15,617 bases of DNA. It comes from Candidatus Micrarchaeota archaeon. Its GTDB lineage: Archaea; Micrarchaeota; Micrarchaeia; Anstonellales; Bilamarchaeaceae. Made by a program: the position numbers and the translations under genes. Below, piece after piece: positions 1 through 7,953 of this stretch. The stretch's first letter is position 1; each line of letters opens with the position of its first letter. A model generated the notes under the pieces. The model ran no database searches. It saw nothing but the letters and a program-made list of their open reading frames with translations, and was not told the origin of the DNA. The stretch lies in contig JAQBFN010000034.1 of assembly GCA_032123335.1 (NCBI GenBank), forward strand, positions 1 to 15,617, read 5' to 3'.

Positions 1-1073
1 TCGTTCTGGTCCCTTACCCCCAGTTTCTCCACAACCTCAGCTGCAGGAACCGCAGCAGAACCTTTAAACTCAATTATGGGAATGGGCGCAAGCTCCTCCA
101 GCTTCCCCAACTCCCTCAAAGCAAGATAATCATAGGGTGCATGCGCAGGAACGCTCATCACAATCCCTGTTCCCGCATCCGCATCAACAAACGAAGCAGA
201 AAGCACAGGAATCTTCTTTCCCAGAGGAGATTCAACCTCCTTTCCAACAAGCTCCCCCCCATCAACTTCCCCAAGAACCTCCCCGCCAAGCTGCAAAGCG
301 AGTGCATCCCACGCACCTTTCCCAAAGTAAATAGTTTCCTTCCCAATCTTCACCTTCACAAGAGTAGATTCAGGATTAACCCACACATTCGTAACCCCAT
401 AAACCGTTTCAGGCCTATACGTGCTAACAACCATGAATTCATTTTCAGAAAGCCTAAACTTTACAGCAGTAACCTCTTCAATTTCCGGGTCAACATCCCC
501 CTTTGTATCGTGCGAGCTCACCACATTTTTATCCGAAGGGCACCAGGCCAACCTATGGCTCCCCTTGGTAATGTACCCAAGCTCCTTAAGCTTCCTCATC
601 TGCCACTGGATGAACTTATTGAAATGCGCATCAAACGTATAGAATTTCCTCCTCCAGTCTATTGAGTACCCCATCTCCCGCATTCCTTCCTCAATTTCCC
701 TGGAAAAGTACATCACTAGTTTCTCAGGGTCCCCAAGCTCCTCAAATTTCGATTCAGGAATCCCATAGATCTCCTTGAAAATGGAAAGAAGCTCAGGGTC
801 CTTTTCCCGCACCTTCTTCGCCATTGCAAGAATCGGAGTCCCAGTAACGTGGAAAGCCATGGGAAGGAGCACATTCTTCCCGGTAAGCCGCGCATAACGC
901 GCATGGATATCCAAAATAGTGTAAGTGCGCCCGTGCCCAATGTGCTGGGGGGAATTCGGATAAGGAAACGCAGCTGTATAAAATCGCTTCTCCCCTCCGG
1001 AGTCCTCAGGCTCATACACATGTGAATCAGCCCATTTTTTCTGCCATTTCCCTTCGTTTTCCCGCAAATCCAT
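1..1073 (-). CDS. leuS: Leucyl-tRNA synthetase, archaeal type (5' part; runs off the left edge)
   Basis: Translated by hand from ATG at 1073: MDLRENEGKWQKKWADSHVYEP...AAFPYPNSPQHIGHGRTY...PMAFHVTGTPI. It has the class I HIGH motif, plus the CP1 editing-domain motifs STYRPETVYGVTN and GTGIVMSVPAHAPYD. Not in the ORF track because there is no stop codon in the window. Confidence 0.95.
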   Translation of the reverse strand, partial: MDLRENEGKWQKKWADSHVYEPEDSGGEKRFYTAAFPYPNSPQHIGHGRTYTILDIHARYARLTGKNVLLPMAFHVTGTPILAMAKKVREKDPELLSIFKEIYGIPESKFEELGDPEKLVMYFSREIEEGMREMGYSIDWRRKFYTFDAHFNKFIQWQMRKLKELGYITKGSHRLAWCPSDKNVVSSHDTKGDVDPEIEEVTAVKFRLSENEFMVVSTYRPETVYGVTNVWVNPESTLVKVKIGKETIYFGKGAWDALALQLGGEVLGEVDGGELVGKEVESPLGKKIPVLSASFVDADAGTGIVMSVPAHAPYDYLALRELGKLEELAPIPIIEFKGSAAVPAAEVVEKLGVRDQN

Positions 1074-1156
1074 GAATATTACCCCGAATTCAGAATAATT
1101 CAGAATAGAACATTAAGAGAATATATTTATATTTGTTAGTCGCAACAGATACCCGT
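1074..1156. promoter_or_regulatory. Divergent promoter region between leuS and the membrane-protein operon
   Basis: AT-rich 83-bp gap. TTTATA at 1126-1131 is preceded by a purine-rich BRE-like AAGAGAA and lies about 26-31 nt before ATG 1157, the spacing expected for a leaderless transcript. Confidence 0.6.
1087..1106. repeat. 10-bp tandem direct repeat (AATTCAGAAT x2)
   Basis: AATTCAGAAT at 1087-1096 and again at 1097-1106. Confidence 0.7.
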
Positions 1157-2371
1157 ATGACTGGGATGCCCCTAGCGATACATGCGCTACCCCTACTGCA
1201 ATCTGTGGACGTGCAAACACTGGAAGGGGCAGCAGGAAGCGTTCTTGTTACCAACCTGCTTCCAATCGCACTCATTACCTCAGCATTCATCGTAACTCTC
1301 TACTACATCCTTGGCAAGTTCCTGAGCTCCCCCCAGATAGATGCATTTGCAAAGGAGGAATTATCCCAGTGGGTAATCTCAGTTTTTATTGCGGTTACGT
1401 GGTTTGCAGTATACGCAATCACGAGTGGGCTGGTCTCAATTGCAGCATGTGGAGGGGAATCATGCACGCTTACAGCCGTTGCATTTTATGCACTGGATTC
1501 GCTCAAATACCAGGTGTTTAGCGCATATGCAGGATTCCTTTCCATGGAAATTTTCATTGGTGTCCTCTCAAGTATCGGGTTCAGCCTTCCAATGGGCACC
1601 CCAGTACTCGCAGTAAAATGGCTAAGCTTCCACCCCTATGGTGGGATGTCCATGCTCAGCAATTCAGTGGTGGGCATAATCGAGAGCATAGGTATGCTCC
1701 TCGGCCTTGTTGTCGCCAGGGAGCAGCTCCTTGAATTCCTGTTCGACATTGTACCTACGTTTCTCCTTCCAATCGGGCTTTTCCTGCGTTCATTTCCATT
1801 TACCAGGGTAACCGGCTCCAGCCTTATTGCAATTTCCTTTGCAGGCTTCTTCATATTTCCCGCATCAATAATTTTCTCCCATTACCTGATGTACGGCCCC
1901 CAGGCGCATCCCACATACATCCCAATGGCGCCTACACCGCTCGGCCTTTGCGAAACAGATGACACAAACGTAACAGCATCCCTGGCATACCTCGATGAAT
2001 CCAATGTGGAAATAAGGGATGCCCTAGCCACGGATCTGGGAAATCCTATGGCCTATGAATCCAATTGGTACCATACCTCCGGCTTCATCGGTACTGCAAA
2101 AGGCCTCATCGGCGGGGTCGTGTCAGAACTCTGGGATTTTGTTGGGGGCAAATTCTCTTCATTCACATTTCTGGACATAATCAAGCCTACAACTTTCGCA
2201 TATTTCTTCTATTTCCTTACCCTGGAAAGGCTCCAGGGCTTTGCACAGATTGCAGTGATGACCTTAGTTACTTTCGTGATTGAAATCATAATCACGATAA
2301 CCGGATACCGCGCAATAGCGGCAGCCCTTGGAGGGGAGCTTGAAATCCTCGGGCTAACCAAGGTGGTTTGA
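1157..2371 (+). CDS. Polytopic membrane protein, paralog 1 of 6 (possibly CedA/VirB6-like)
   Basis: Several hydrophobic helices. Motifs: LYYILGKFLSSPQIDAFAKEEL, LPIGLFLRSFPFTRVTGSSLIA and C-terminal LGGELEILGLTKVV. ATG 1157 is preferred over TTG 1133, which lies at the edge of the TATA region. The ORF is confident; the function is tentative. Confidence 0.85.
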   Translation: MTGMPLAIHALPLLQSVDVQTLEGAAGSVLVTNLLPIALITSAFIVTLYYILGKFLSSPQIDAFAKEELSQWVISVFIAVTWFAVYAITSGLVSIAACGGESCTLTAVAFYALDSLKYQVFSAYAGFLSMEIFIGVLSSIGFSLPMGTPVLAVKWLSFHPYGGMSMLSNSVVGIIESIGMLLGLVVAREQLLEFLFDIVPTFLLPIGLFLRSFPFTRVTGSSLIAISFAGFFIFPASIIFSHYLMYGPQAHPTYIPMAPTPLGLCETDDTNVTASLAYLDESNVEIRDALATDLGNPMAYESNWYHTSGFIGTAKGLIGGVVSELWDFVGGKFSSFTFLDIIKPTTFAYFFYFLTLERLQGFAQIAVMTLVTFVIEIIITITGYRAIAAALGGELEILGLTKVV

Positions 2372-3303
2372 TGCCGTCAATGGATGCATATATCCAAATC
2401 ATTGGGATAACAGTCCTTGCAATCACAGGGTATATTGCGCTTGTTTTCATGGCCGCATATGCGTTCAAAAGGCCCCAGCTTGCAGCATATGCAAAAATAG
2501 AAACCGAGCAGCTCCTTATCTCAATACTTATACTTTTCACGGCATTCGCTGCGTGGGAATTCGCATCAGTGGCCACAACTGCAATTGCAGGAGACAATCC
2601 AATAGACATCTCAATAAAGTTCCTGAACATTGTAATCAATGAGGGAGTCCTGCCCATCTACCTCAAGCTTGTCCGAATGGAGGTGCTGCTCACCTACTTC
2701 AATGCAGTTGAATACAGGATGGGGCCGGGAGTATGGAACTGGGTTACAAAGGCAGCCCCTGGATTGGACCCCCTTATCTCCATAATCCGCATGCTTATTT
2801 TCACATTTACTGCGCTTTACGGCACATTAAGCATTCAGGTAATAATCTTTTACCTTATCGACGCAGTGGCCTATTTTTACCTGCTTCCTGCAGGCATAGT
2901 GCTGCGCTTTTTCCCGCCCACGCGTGACGCCGGGGTATATCTCGTAGTGTTAGCGATAGCTTTCCAGTGCTTTTTCCCGATGCTTTATGCGGTTAATTTT
3001 GCTGCCCTGAATGAAATGTGGGAAATCCACGGCTGGGCGGACCATTACACCCCGAATATAGAAAGTACAAGTTATTTCAACAGCATGGATGAGGCAATAG
3101 GGCTAGCCACATCCAAAATGGACACCTATTTTTCCTCATGGGTCCTTCCCATTTTCCAGCCCTTTGCTTTTGCCGCGCTGGTCCCGTTCATGGACCGCAT
3201 TGCGCAAATCTCCCTGGTGGGCCTTTTCCTGCCCGCCCTTACCATGACACTGACAATCGCGTTCGTAAACGCAATCACAAAGTTCCTTACGGGGAAGGGG
3301 TAG
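2371..3303 (+). CDS. Polytopic membrane protein, paralog 2 of 6
   Basis: Start overlaps the upstream stop (TGATG). Motifs: VFMAAYAFKRPQLAAYAKIET and LPAGIVLRFFPPTRDAGVYL. Ends at ITKFLTGKG. Confidence 0.85.
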   Translation: MPSMDAYIQIIGITVLAITGYIALVFMAAYAFKRPQLAAYAKIETEQLLISILILFTAFAAWEFASVATTAIAGDNPIDISIKFLNIVINEGVLPIYLKLVRMEVLLTYFNAVEYRMGPGVWNWVTKAAPGLDPLISIIRMLIFTFTALYGTLSIQVIIFYLIDAVAYFYLLPAGIVLRFFPPTRDAGVYLVVLAIAFQCFFPMLYAVNFAALNEMWEIHGWADHYTPNIESTSYFNSMDEAIGLATSKMDTYFSSWVLPIFQPFAFAALVPFMDRIAQISLVGLFLPALTMTLTIAFVNAITKFLTGKG

Positions 3304-3306
3304 GAA

Positions 3307-4605
3307 ATGATTGGAATTGACGCCGTGATGGCAAATCTCTGGGATGAATGGGGCTTCATTGCATTTGCAGCAATCCTACTCTCAACAGCGTTTGCTTCCC
3401 TGGTATATATGCTCGGCCATTTCCTGAGCAGCGAGCGCATGATTGCATTCGGAAAAATGGAAGTAGTGGAATCCATCTACTCCGCAATACTCATCGTTGT
3501 AGTGCTTGCAATCCTTGCAACCGCAACGGATGCAACAGGGACATTAATCAAGAGTGTTTACCCCGGAGGCCCAGGGGGCCCTGCAGGCCACATCTGCGGA
3601 GACACCTTCAATCCCTATTTCAATGATTTCAATGGCCAGTTTCCCTGCCACATGAGGATGGCCCGCTACTACCTGGATACCCTTTATGCTGAAGGAAAAA
3701 TATTCAATTATGAGCTCCTCTCAATCCACATGTGGTATTCCTTTTTCCAGAACATAGGAATTTCCTCTGATTTCCATGAGCATACAAGCGGCTCGGTAAG
3801 CTTCACCCCGCTGGGCTCAGCCCTTTCCCTCCCATCCTCGATATATTCCTATATGTTTGAATTCGGGATGAAATCCATGGTGATTATCCGCTTCCAGCAG
3901 TTCCTGCTTGGTTTCATAAACTATTCCATCTACCCCGTATTCGTTATAATGGGCCTCATCCTGCGCACCTTCCCGTTCAGCAGGCGCCTCGGCGGCCTTC
4001 TCATGGCAATCGGAATTTCACTGTTTTTCATATTTCCCATGTTTTATGTATTGGGTGCAATCGTATTCAAGAACATAGCAATGAACAGCCCCTATTATGA
4101 TGCGAGTGCCTCGGATGTCCCGAGCGAAAGGATGCCGCAGGTAATCACATCCCTGGATTTCAACCCCGAAGACTTCTATTCCAAAATAGGCTTCATACAT
4201 GAGGATGAAACCTTTATCCAGCCCGATGAAATTCCGGGCAGCAATCAGGACGAAGTAACTACGGATTACCTTATGAATGAGCTTTACCCTGCAACCGCGA
4301 ACTACTGCCAGAGCACTGACTATGGGGTTGAGGAAGGCGGGGAACTGCTCGCGGACTGGGGAGTTCTTTTCCTCTATTCCGCAGATTTCATAAGCCCGTT
4401 CATCCCGGGAGACAGTGGATATGAGGATGAGTATATAGACGGGCTGATAGGCCCAGGAGGAGTTATTGACGCAACAGCGAGGCTCGTGTTTTTCTCGATG
4501 TTCTTTACCCTTCTTTCGGTTTTCTCCACCATAGGAGCAATTCGCAGCCTTTCCCCGCTTCTTGGGGGAGACATAGAGCTTGCGGGACTTACCCACCTGA
4601 TATGA
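3307..4605 (+). CDS. Polytopic membrane protein, paralog 3 of 6
   Basis: 3-nt gap after paralog 2. Motifs: VYMLGHFLSSERMIAFGKMEV, MGLILRTFPFSRRLGGLLMA and C-terminal LGGDIELAGLTHLI. Has a long acidic loop. Confidence 0.85.
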   Translation: MIGIDAVMANLWDEWGFIAFAAILLSTAFASLVYMLGHFLSSERMIAFGKMEVVESIYSAILIVVVLAILATATDATGTLIKSVYPGGPGGPAGHICGDTFNPYFNDFNGQFPCHMRMARYYLDTLYAEGKIFNYELLSIHMWYSFFQNIGISSDFHEHTSGSVSFTPLGSALSLPSSIYSYMFEFGMKSMVIIRFQQFLLGFINYSIYPVFVIMGLILRTFPFSRRLGGLLMAIGISLFFIFPMFYVLGAIVFKNIAMNSPYYDASASDVPSERMPQVITSLDFNPEDFYSKIGFIHEDETFIQPDEIPGSNQDEVTTDYLMNELYPATANYCQSTDYGVEEGGELLADWGVLFLYSADFISPFIPGDSGYEDEYIDGLIGPGGVIDATARLVFFSMFFTLLSVFSTIGAIRSLSPLLGGDIELAGLTHLI

Positions 4606-4615
4606 GGACTGATGC

Positions 4616-5776
4616 ATGATGAATATGAAACTGGTGTTGTTCCTGGCGCTGCTCCTTTGCTCAGTTGCATTTGCACAGCCGCCCGAGCCAGCCACCAGCA
4701 CAGATGTGGATGATTCAATAGATGAGCTCCATATCGCATCAGAAGGAGCGGCAGATAATGCCGAGCAGATGCTGGACGACATTGGAATAACCCAGGATAC
4801 CTGTGATGCACCATCGGAACCCCTGGACACTACGGTTCCCGCAGCAATAGTCCTCCTCATCATAACCGCCGGCCTTGCAATTTTCTACATGGCAGGGAAC
4901 TTTCTCAACTCCCCGCAGATTATTGCAATGTCCAAGCAGGAGGCATTTGAACTCGTCCATACCGCACTCATCGTAATCCTCTTCTTTGCGTTCTACGTCC
5001 TTGTACAGGACATAATGGGGGTTGCCAGCGTAGGCCCGGAAAACGTATACGACAAAGCAATGGAATATTCCATGATAATGGTCCAGAAAATAACCAAGGA
5101 CATGTTCTGGCTTGCAATCTTCAACACATTTATCTACATGCTTTATAGCGCACCCCTCAAGATGGGGGGGGCACTCCACATGGCCATACACTTCAACCTG
5201 GGGGGAATCCTTAAGCCCCTTGTGGATGGTGTAGGCACAATGGCATCCCTGCTTTCTTTTGCAATGGGGGAATGGATTGTGAACCTCATACTCCTCTGCT
5301 ACATAAAGAAATACATGCTGAGCCTGATTCTCCCCATTGGAATCCTGCTCAAGGCGTTTCCCCAAACAAGGGGAGGGGGGAATGCGCTGATTGCAATATC
5401 AATAGCATTTTTCCTGATTTACCCATTTATGCTTGTAGTAAACTACCAGGCATACCAGAATGAGTACGGGGTGCTTCCCGAAAGAAGCGGAGTGGAATCC
5501 ATAATCAGCGACTTCCTGGGATCCATGGGTTTAATCACTGTTTCGATTTACGGAATATTCCTGTTGGGAATGGTAAAAACAATTCCCGGCATAATCGCCC
5601 TTTCATGGGTCATCACAAATGTTTTTGACCTTTATACTGATGTCGTATATACCGTTTTCGTGCTAAGCATATTCCTCCCCTTACTAAACATATTCATTAC
5701 GCTCACGTTTGCGAGGGAACTTGCCAAGTATTTCGGAACAGAAATAAACATAGCAGCATTTTCAAAACTTGTATGA
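4616..5776 (+). CDS. Polytopic membrane protein, paralog 4 of 6, with a Sec-type signal peptide
   Basis: N-terminus MKLVLFLALLLCSVAFA|Q followed by an acidic segment. Motifs: FYMAGNFLNSPQIIAMSKQEA, LPIGILLKAFPQTRGGGNALIA and FGTEINIAAFSKLV. The start could also be 4619 or 4625. Confidence 0.85.
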   Translation: MMNMKLVLFLALLLCSVAFAQPPEPATSTDVDDSIDELHIASEGAADNAEQMLDDIGITQDTCDAPSEPLDTTVPAAIVLLIITAGLAIFYMAGNFLNSPQIIAMSKQEAFELVHTALIVILFFAFYVLVQDIMGVASVGPENVYDKAMEYSMIMVQKITKDMFWLAIFNTFIYMLYSAPLKMGGALHMAIHFNLGGILKPLVDGVGTMASLLSFAMGEWIVNLILLCYIKKYMLSLILPIGILLKAFPQTRGGGNALIAISIAFFLIYPFMLVVNYQAYQNEYGVLPERSGVESIISDFLGSMGLITVSIYGIFLLGMVKTIPGIIALSWVITNVFDLYTDVVYTVFVLSIFLPLLNIFITLTFARELAKYFGTEINIAAFSKLV

Positions 5777-5785
5777 GGAAGATAA

Positions 5786-6910
5786 ATGAAGACCTGGCAT
5801 CTATTGGCCCTGTTCGCAATACTCCTTTCGGGGTGCACCTCACTAGGCGTAGCCACGGAACCTGACGAAGGAAACAGGATACTTGCCTCAGACATCTGCC
5901 CCTCGATATCAGACGCATTTTTTATACCTGAATGGCAGGCACTTGCAGTTGCAGCAATGGCAGCCTCGGTTGCGATACTTGTGATATTATACTTAGTGGA
6001 TGTATTTTTCGGGAATGAGCAGGGGATAGCTGCAATGAAGCTGGAGCTTTTCGAGCTTTTCACAACCGCATTCATAGTGTTAGTTGTAATTGCACTCCTG
6101 GATGCAGCCTGCATTGTTCCTATTGGTGCAATACTTGCGCCTGATGAAGTTGCGGAGCTTAACCTGTTTGAAGCCGCAGCGCAAATCCTGGATGACTTCT
6201 CAAAGAGCATTGTAATCGTGAGCACAATTCTCCACGGAGTATACATCCACCTGGATTTCCTTACCACGACCACACTTACGCAGCGCCCAATGGGCATGGG
6301 TACCGAATTCCAGCCCACAGCAGGAATAGGGGCAGTAATGAAGCCCGCGTTCATCAATTCCCTTCAGATGCTTGCAGTTTCATTCATCATAGTGAGGGCC
6401 CAGCTGGCAATCCTGGATTTTGTAACCTTTGCGATGCTCAAGTTCTACCTTCCAATCGGGATAATACTGCGTTCATTTACCCCCACACGAAGAATTGGGG
6501 GAACCCTGATAGGCCTCACCCTGGGTCTCGTACTTGTCTACCCCTACCTCATAATCCTCAATGGGCTTACGATCTATGATATGGACCCGTTCTACATAGA
6601 TGAGTACCTGGGTTCCATTGGAGGCATGCTTGATGCCGCCTGGGAGCCATTCAACCAGTTCCAGGGCGGCGCACTTTCCCTTGCGGGCGGCCTGGACATC
6701 CTCACCATGATTAAACTCTTCATAAGCAGCCTGTTCGGTTCCCTGCTGGGAATCTACCTTGCCCTTACGCTGCGCACTGCAGCCGTAGCTTTCATGATAG
6801 GGCTTTTCTTCCCTGCATTGAATATGCTTATACTTGTAACTGTGGTAAGATATCTCACCAAATCATTTGGAGAAGAGATTGATGTGAGCAACCTTTCGAG
6901 GATGATATGA
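5786..6910 (+). CDS. Polytopic membrane protein, paralog 5 of 6, with a lipobox-type signal
   Basis: N-terminus MKTWHLLALFAILLSG|C. Motifs: LYLVDVFFGNEQGIAAMKLEL, LPIGIILRSFTPTRRIGGTLIG and FGEEIDVSNLSRMI. GAGGA lies upstream. Confidence 0.85.
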   Translation: MKTWHLLALFAILLSGCTSLGVATEPDEGNRILASDICPSISDAFFIPEWQALAVAAMAASVAILVILYLVDVFFGNEQGIAAMKLELFELFTTAFIVLVVIALLDAACIVPIGAILAPDEVAELNLFEAAAQILDDFSKSIVIVSTILHGVYIHLDFLTTTTLTQRPMGMGTEFQPTAGIGAVMKPAFINSLQMLAVSFIIVRAQLAILDFVTFAMLKFYLPIGIILRSFTPTRRIGGTLIGLTLGLVLVYPYLIILNGLTIYDMDPFYIDEYLGSIGGMLDAAWEPFNQFQGGALSLAGGLDILTMIKLFISSLFGSLLGIYLALTLRTAAVAFMIGLFFPALNMLILVTVVRYLTKSFGEEIDVSNLSRMI

Positions 6911-7953
6911 TGGAAGATTGGGTATTGATTTCGATTATCGCGGTGATGCTCTCCTCCATGCTCTCAGCAATAATGATAATGGTATCCCGCCTGTTCTCGC
7001 TTCCTGCCCTGGAGCAGTGGGCAAAGGCCGAGCTCGTATTTTCCCTCTCCACAGTTATCCTGCTGATGTTTCTTATTTTCCTGATTGGGTTTGTGGAGCC
7101 CCTTCTTATGCAGATAGTGCAGAAAATGACCGAATTCAATTTCGGCCAGTATTACGGTTATGTTCCCGACCTGACCGCAAGCGGGGACCCCAAACTGATG
7201 GACTATGCCCTAGCCTACATGAACTCGGTTTTCCTGTGCATAAAAGACATATTCAAGCTCCTGCTAAAACTAAATTTCCCGCTTGAGCTCGCAGCATCTT
7301 TCTCAGTGGACGTATTCATGTTCGACCTTGTAACCGGATGGGCGTACAAGGGCCCTGTCCAGACAATCCGAAACATCACCAATTACATCACTTTCACGCT
7401 TTTCATCTACTACCTGTTCATACATGTAATGCGATTCATGAAGGCAACCGCACTTACAATTTTTATCCCGTTGGGAATAGTGCTGAGGCAGTTCCCGCCC
7501 ACCCGTGGCTCAGGTGCATTCATACTTGCATTTGCAATAGGGTTCTACCTGGTTTTCCCCTTCTCATACATCCTTGTAACAAATGTGGTTCCCCAGACTT
7601 TTGCCTGCCCGGTGCTTCCGGAGTTTGAGGGCCTTGACCAGCTCACAACCCATGGAATCGGAAACCCTGATAAGGCATTTGAAATGATGCTGTGGACCCA
7701 GTCCCACCAGAGCGGATTCATGGCAACCCTTAGCGGCATATCCAGCTACATAGGTGGATTTGACCTGGACCCCGTAGACGTAATCCCTGATTCTGCAGAG
7801 TTCACGGGGGGAAGGCTTGCCGGATTTTCTATAAATATGTGCTGCCTCCCGTTCCTTGCAATGATAATTACGATGAGCTTCATCCTCTCCAGCACCAACC
7901 TATTCGGTGCAAACCTCCCGGAAGTCGGCCGCGGATTCATCAAACTTATTTAG
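6907..7953 (+). CDS. Polytopic membrane protein, paralog 6 of 6
   Basis: ATGA overlap with paralog 5. Motifs: IMVSRLFSLPALEQWAKAEL, IPLGIVLRQFPPTRGSGAFILA and C-terminal FGANLPEVGRGFIKLI. Confidence 0.85.
   Translation: MMEDWVLISIIAVMLSSMLSAIMIMVSRLFSLPALEQWAKAELVFSLSTVILLMFLIFLIGFVEPLLMQIVQKMTEFNFGQYYGYVPDLTASGDPKLMDYALAYMNSVFLCIKDIFKLLLKLNFPLELAASFSVDVFMFDLVTGWAYKGPVQTIRNITNYITFTLFIYYLFIHVMRFMKATALTIFIPLGIVLRQFPPTRGSGAFILAFAIGFYLVFPFSYILVTNVVPQTFACPVLPEFEGLDQLTTHGIGNPDKAFEMMLWTQSHQSGFMATLSGISSYIGGFDLDPVDVIPDSAEFTGGRLAGFSINMCCLPFLAMIITMSFILSSTNLFGANLPEVGRGFIKLI

Noticed and set aside
141..1021. ORF-track entries 137..334, 141..665, 158..346, 421..642 and 716..1021
   Set aside because: All are antisense or out-of-frame shadows of leuS, which occupies 1-1073 on the minus strand with clear motifs.
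1133..1156. TTG start at 1133 for paralog 1
   Set aside because: It abuts the TATA-like box. ATG 1157 has the expected promoter spacing.
4018..6357. Long minus-strand ORFs 4018..4863, 4374..4814, 4739..5365 and 5632..6357
   Set aside because: They are antisense to well-supported paralogs, have no recognisable motifs and have atypical composition.
1157..7953. The array as a recent tandem amplification, assembly artefact or integrated mobile element
   Set aside because: No nucleotide-level repeats are visible between copies, and there is no integrase, transposase, att site or flanking tRNA. The neighbours are housekeeping genes.
1157..7953. The array as ABC permeases, MFS transporters or TadC/ArlJ platform proteins
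   Set aside because: I recognised no EAA loop, MFS motif A or T2SSF pattern, and there is no adjacent ABC or pilus ATPase. This is not formally excluded without a profile search.
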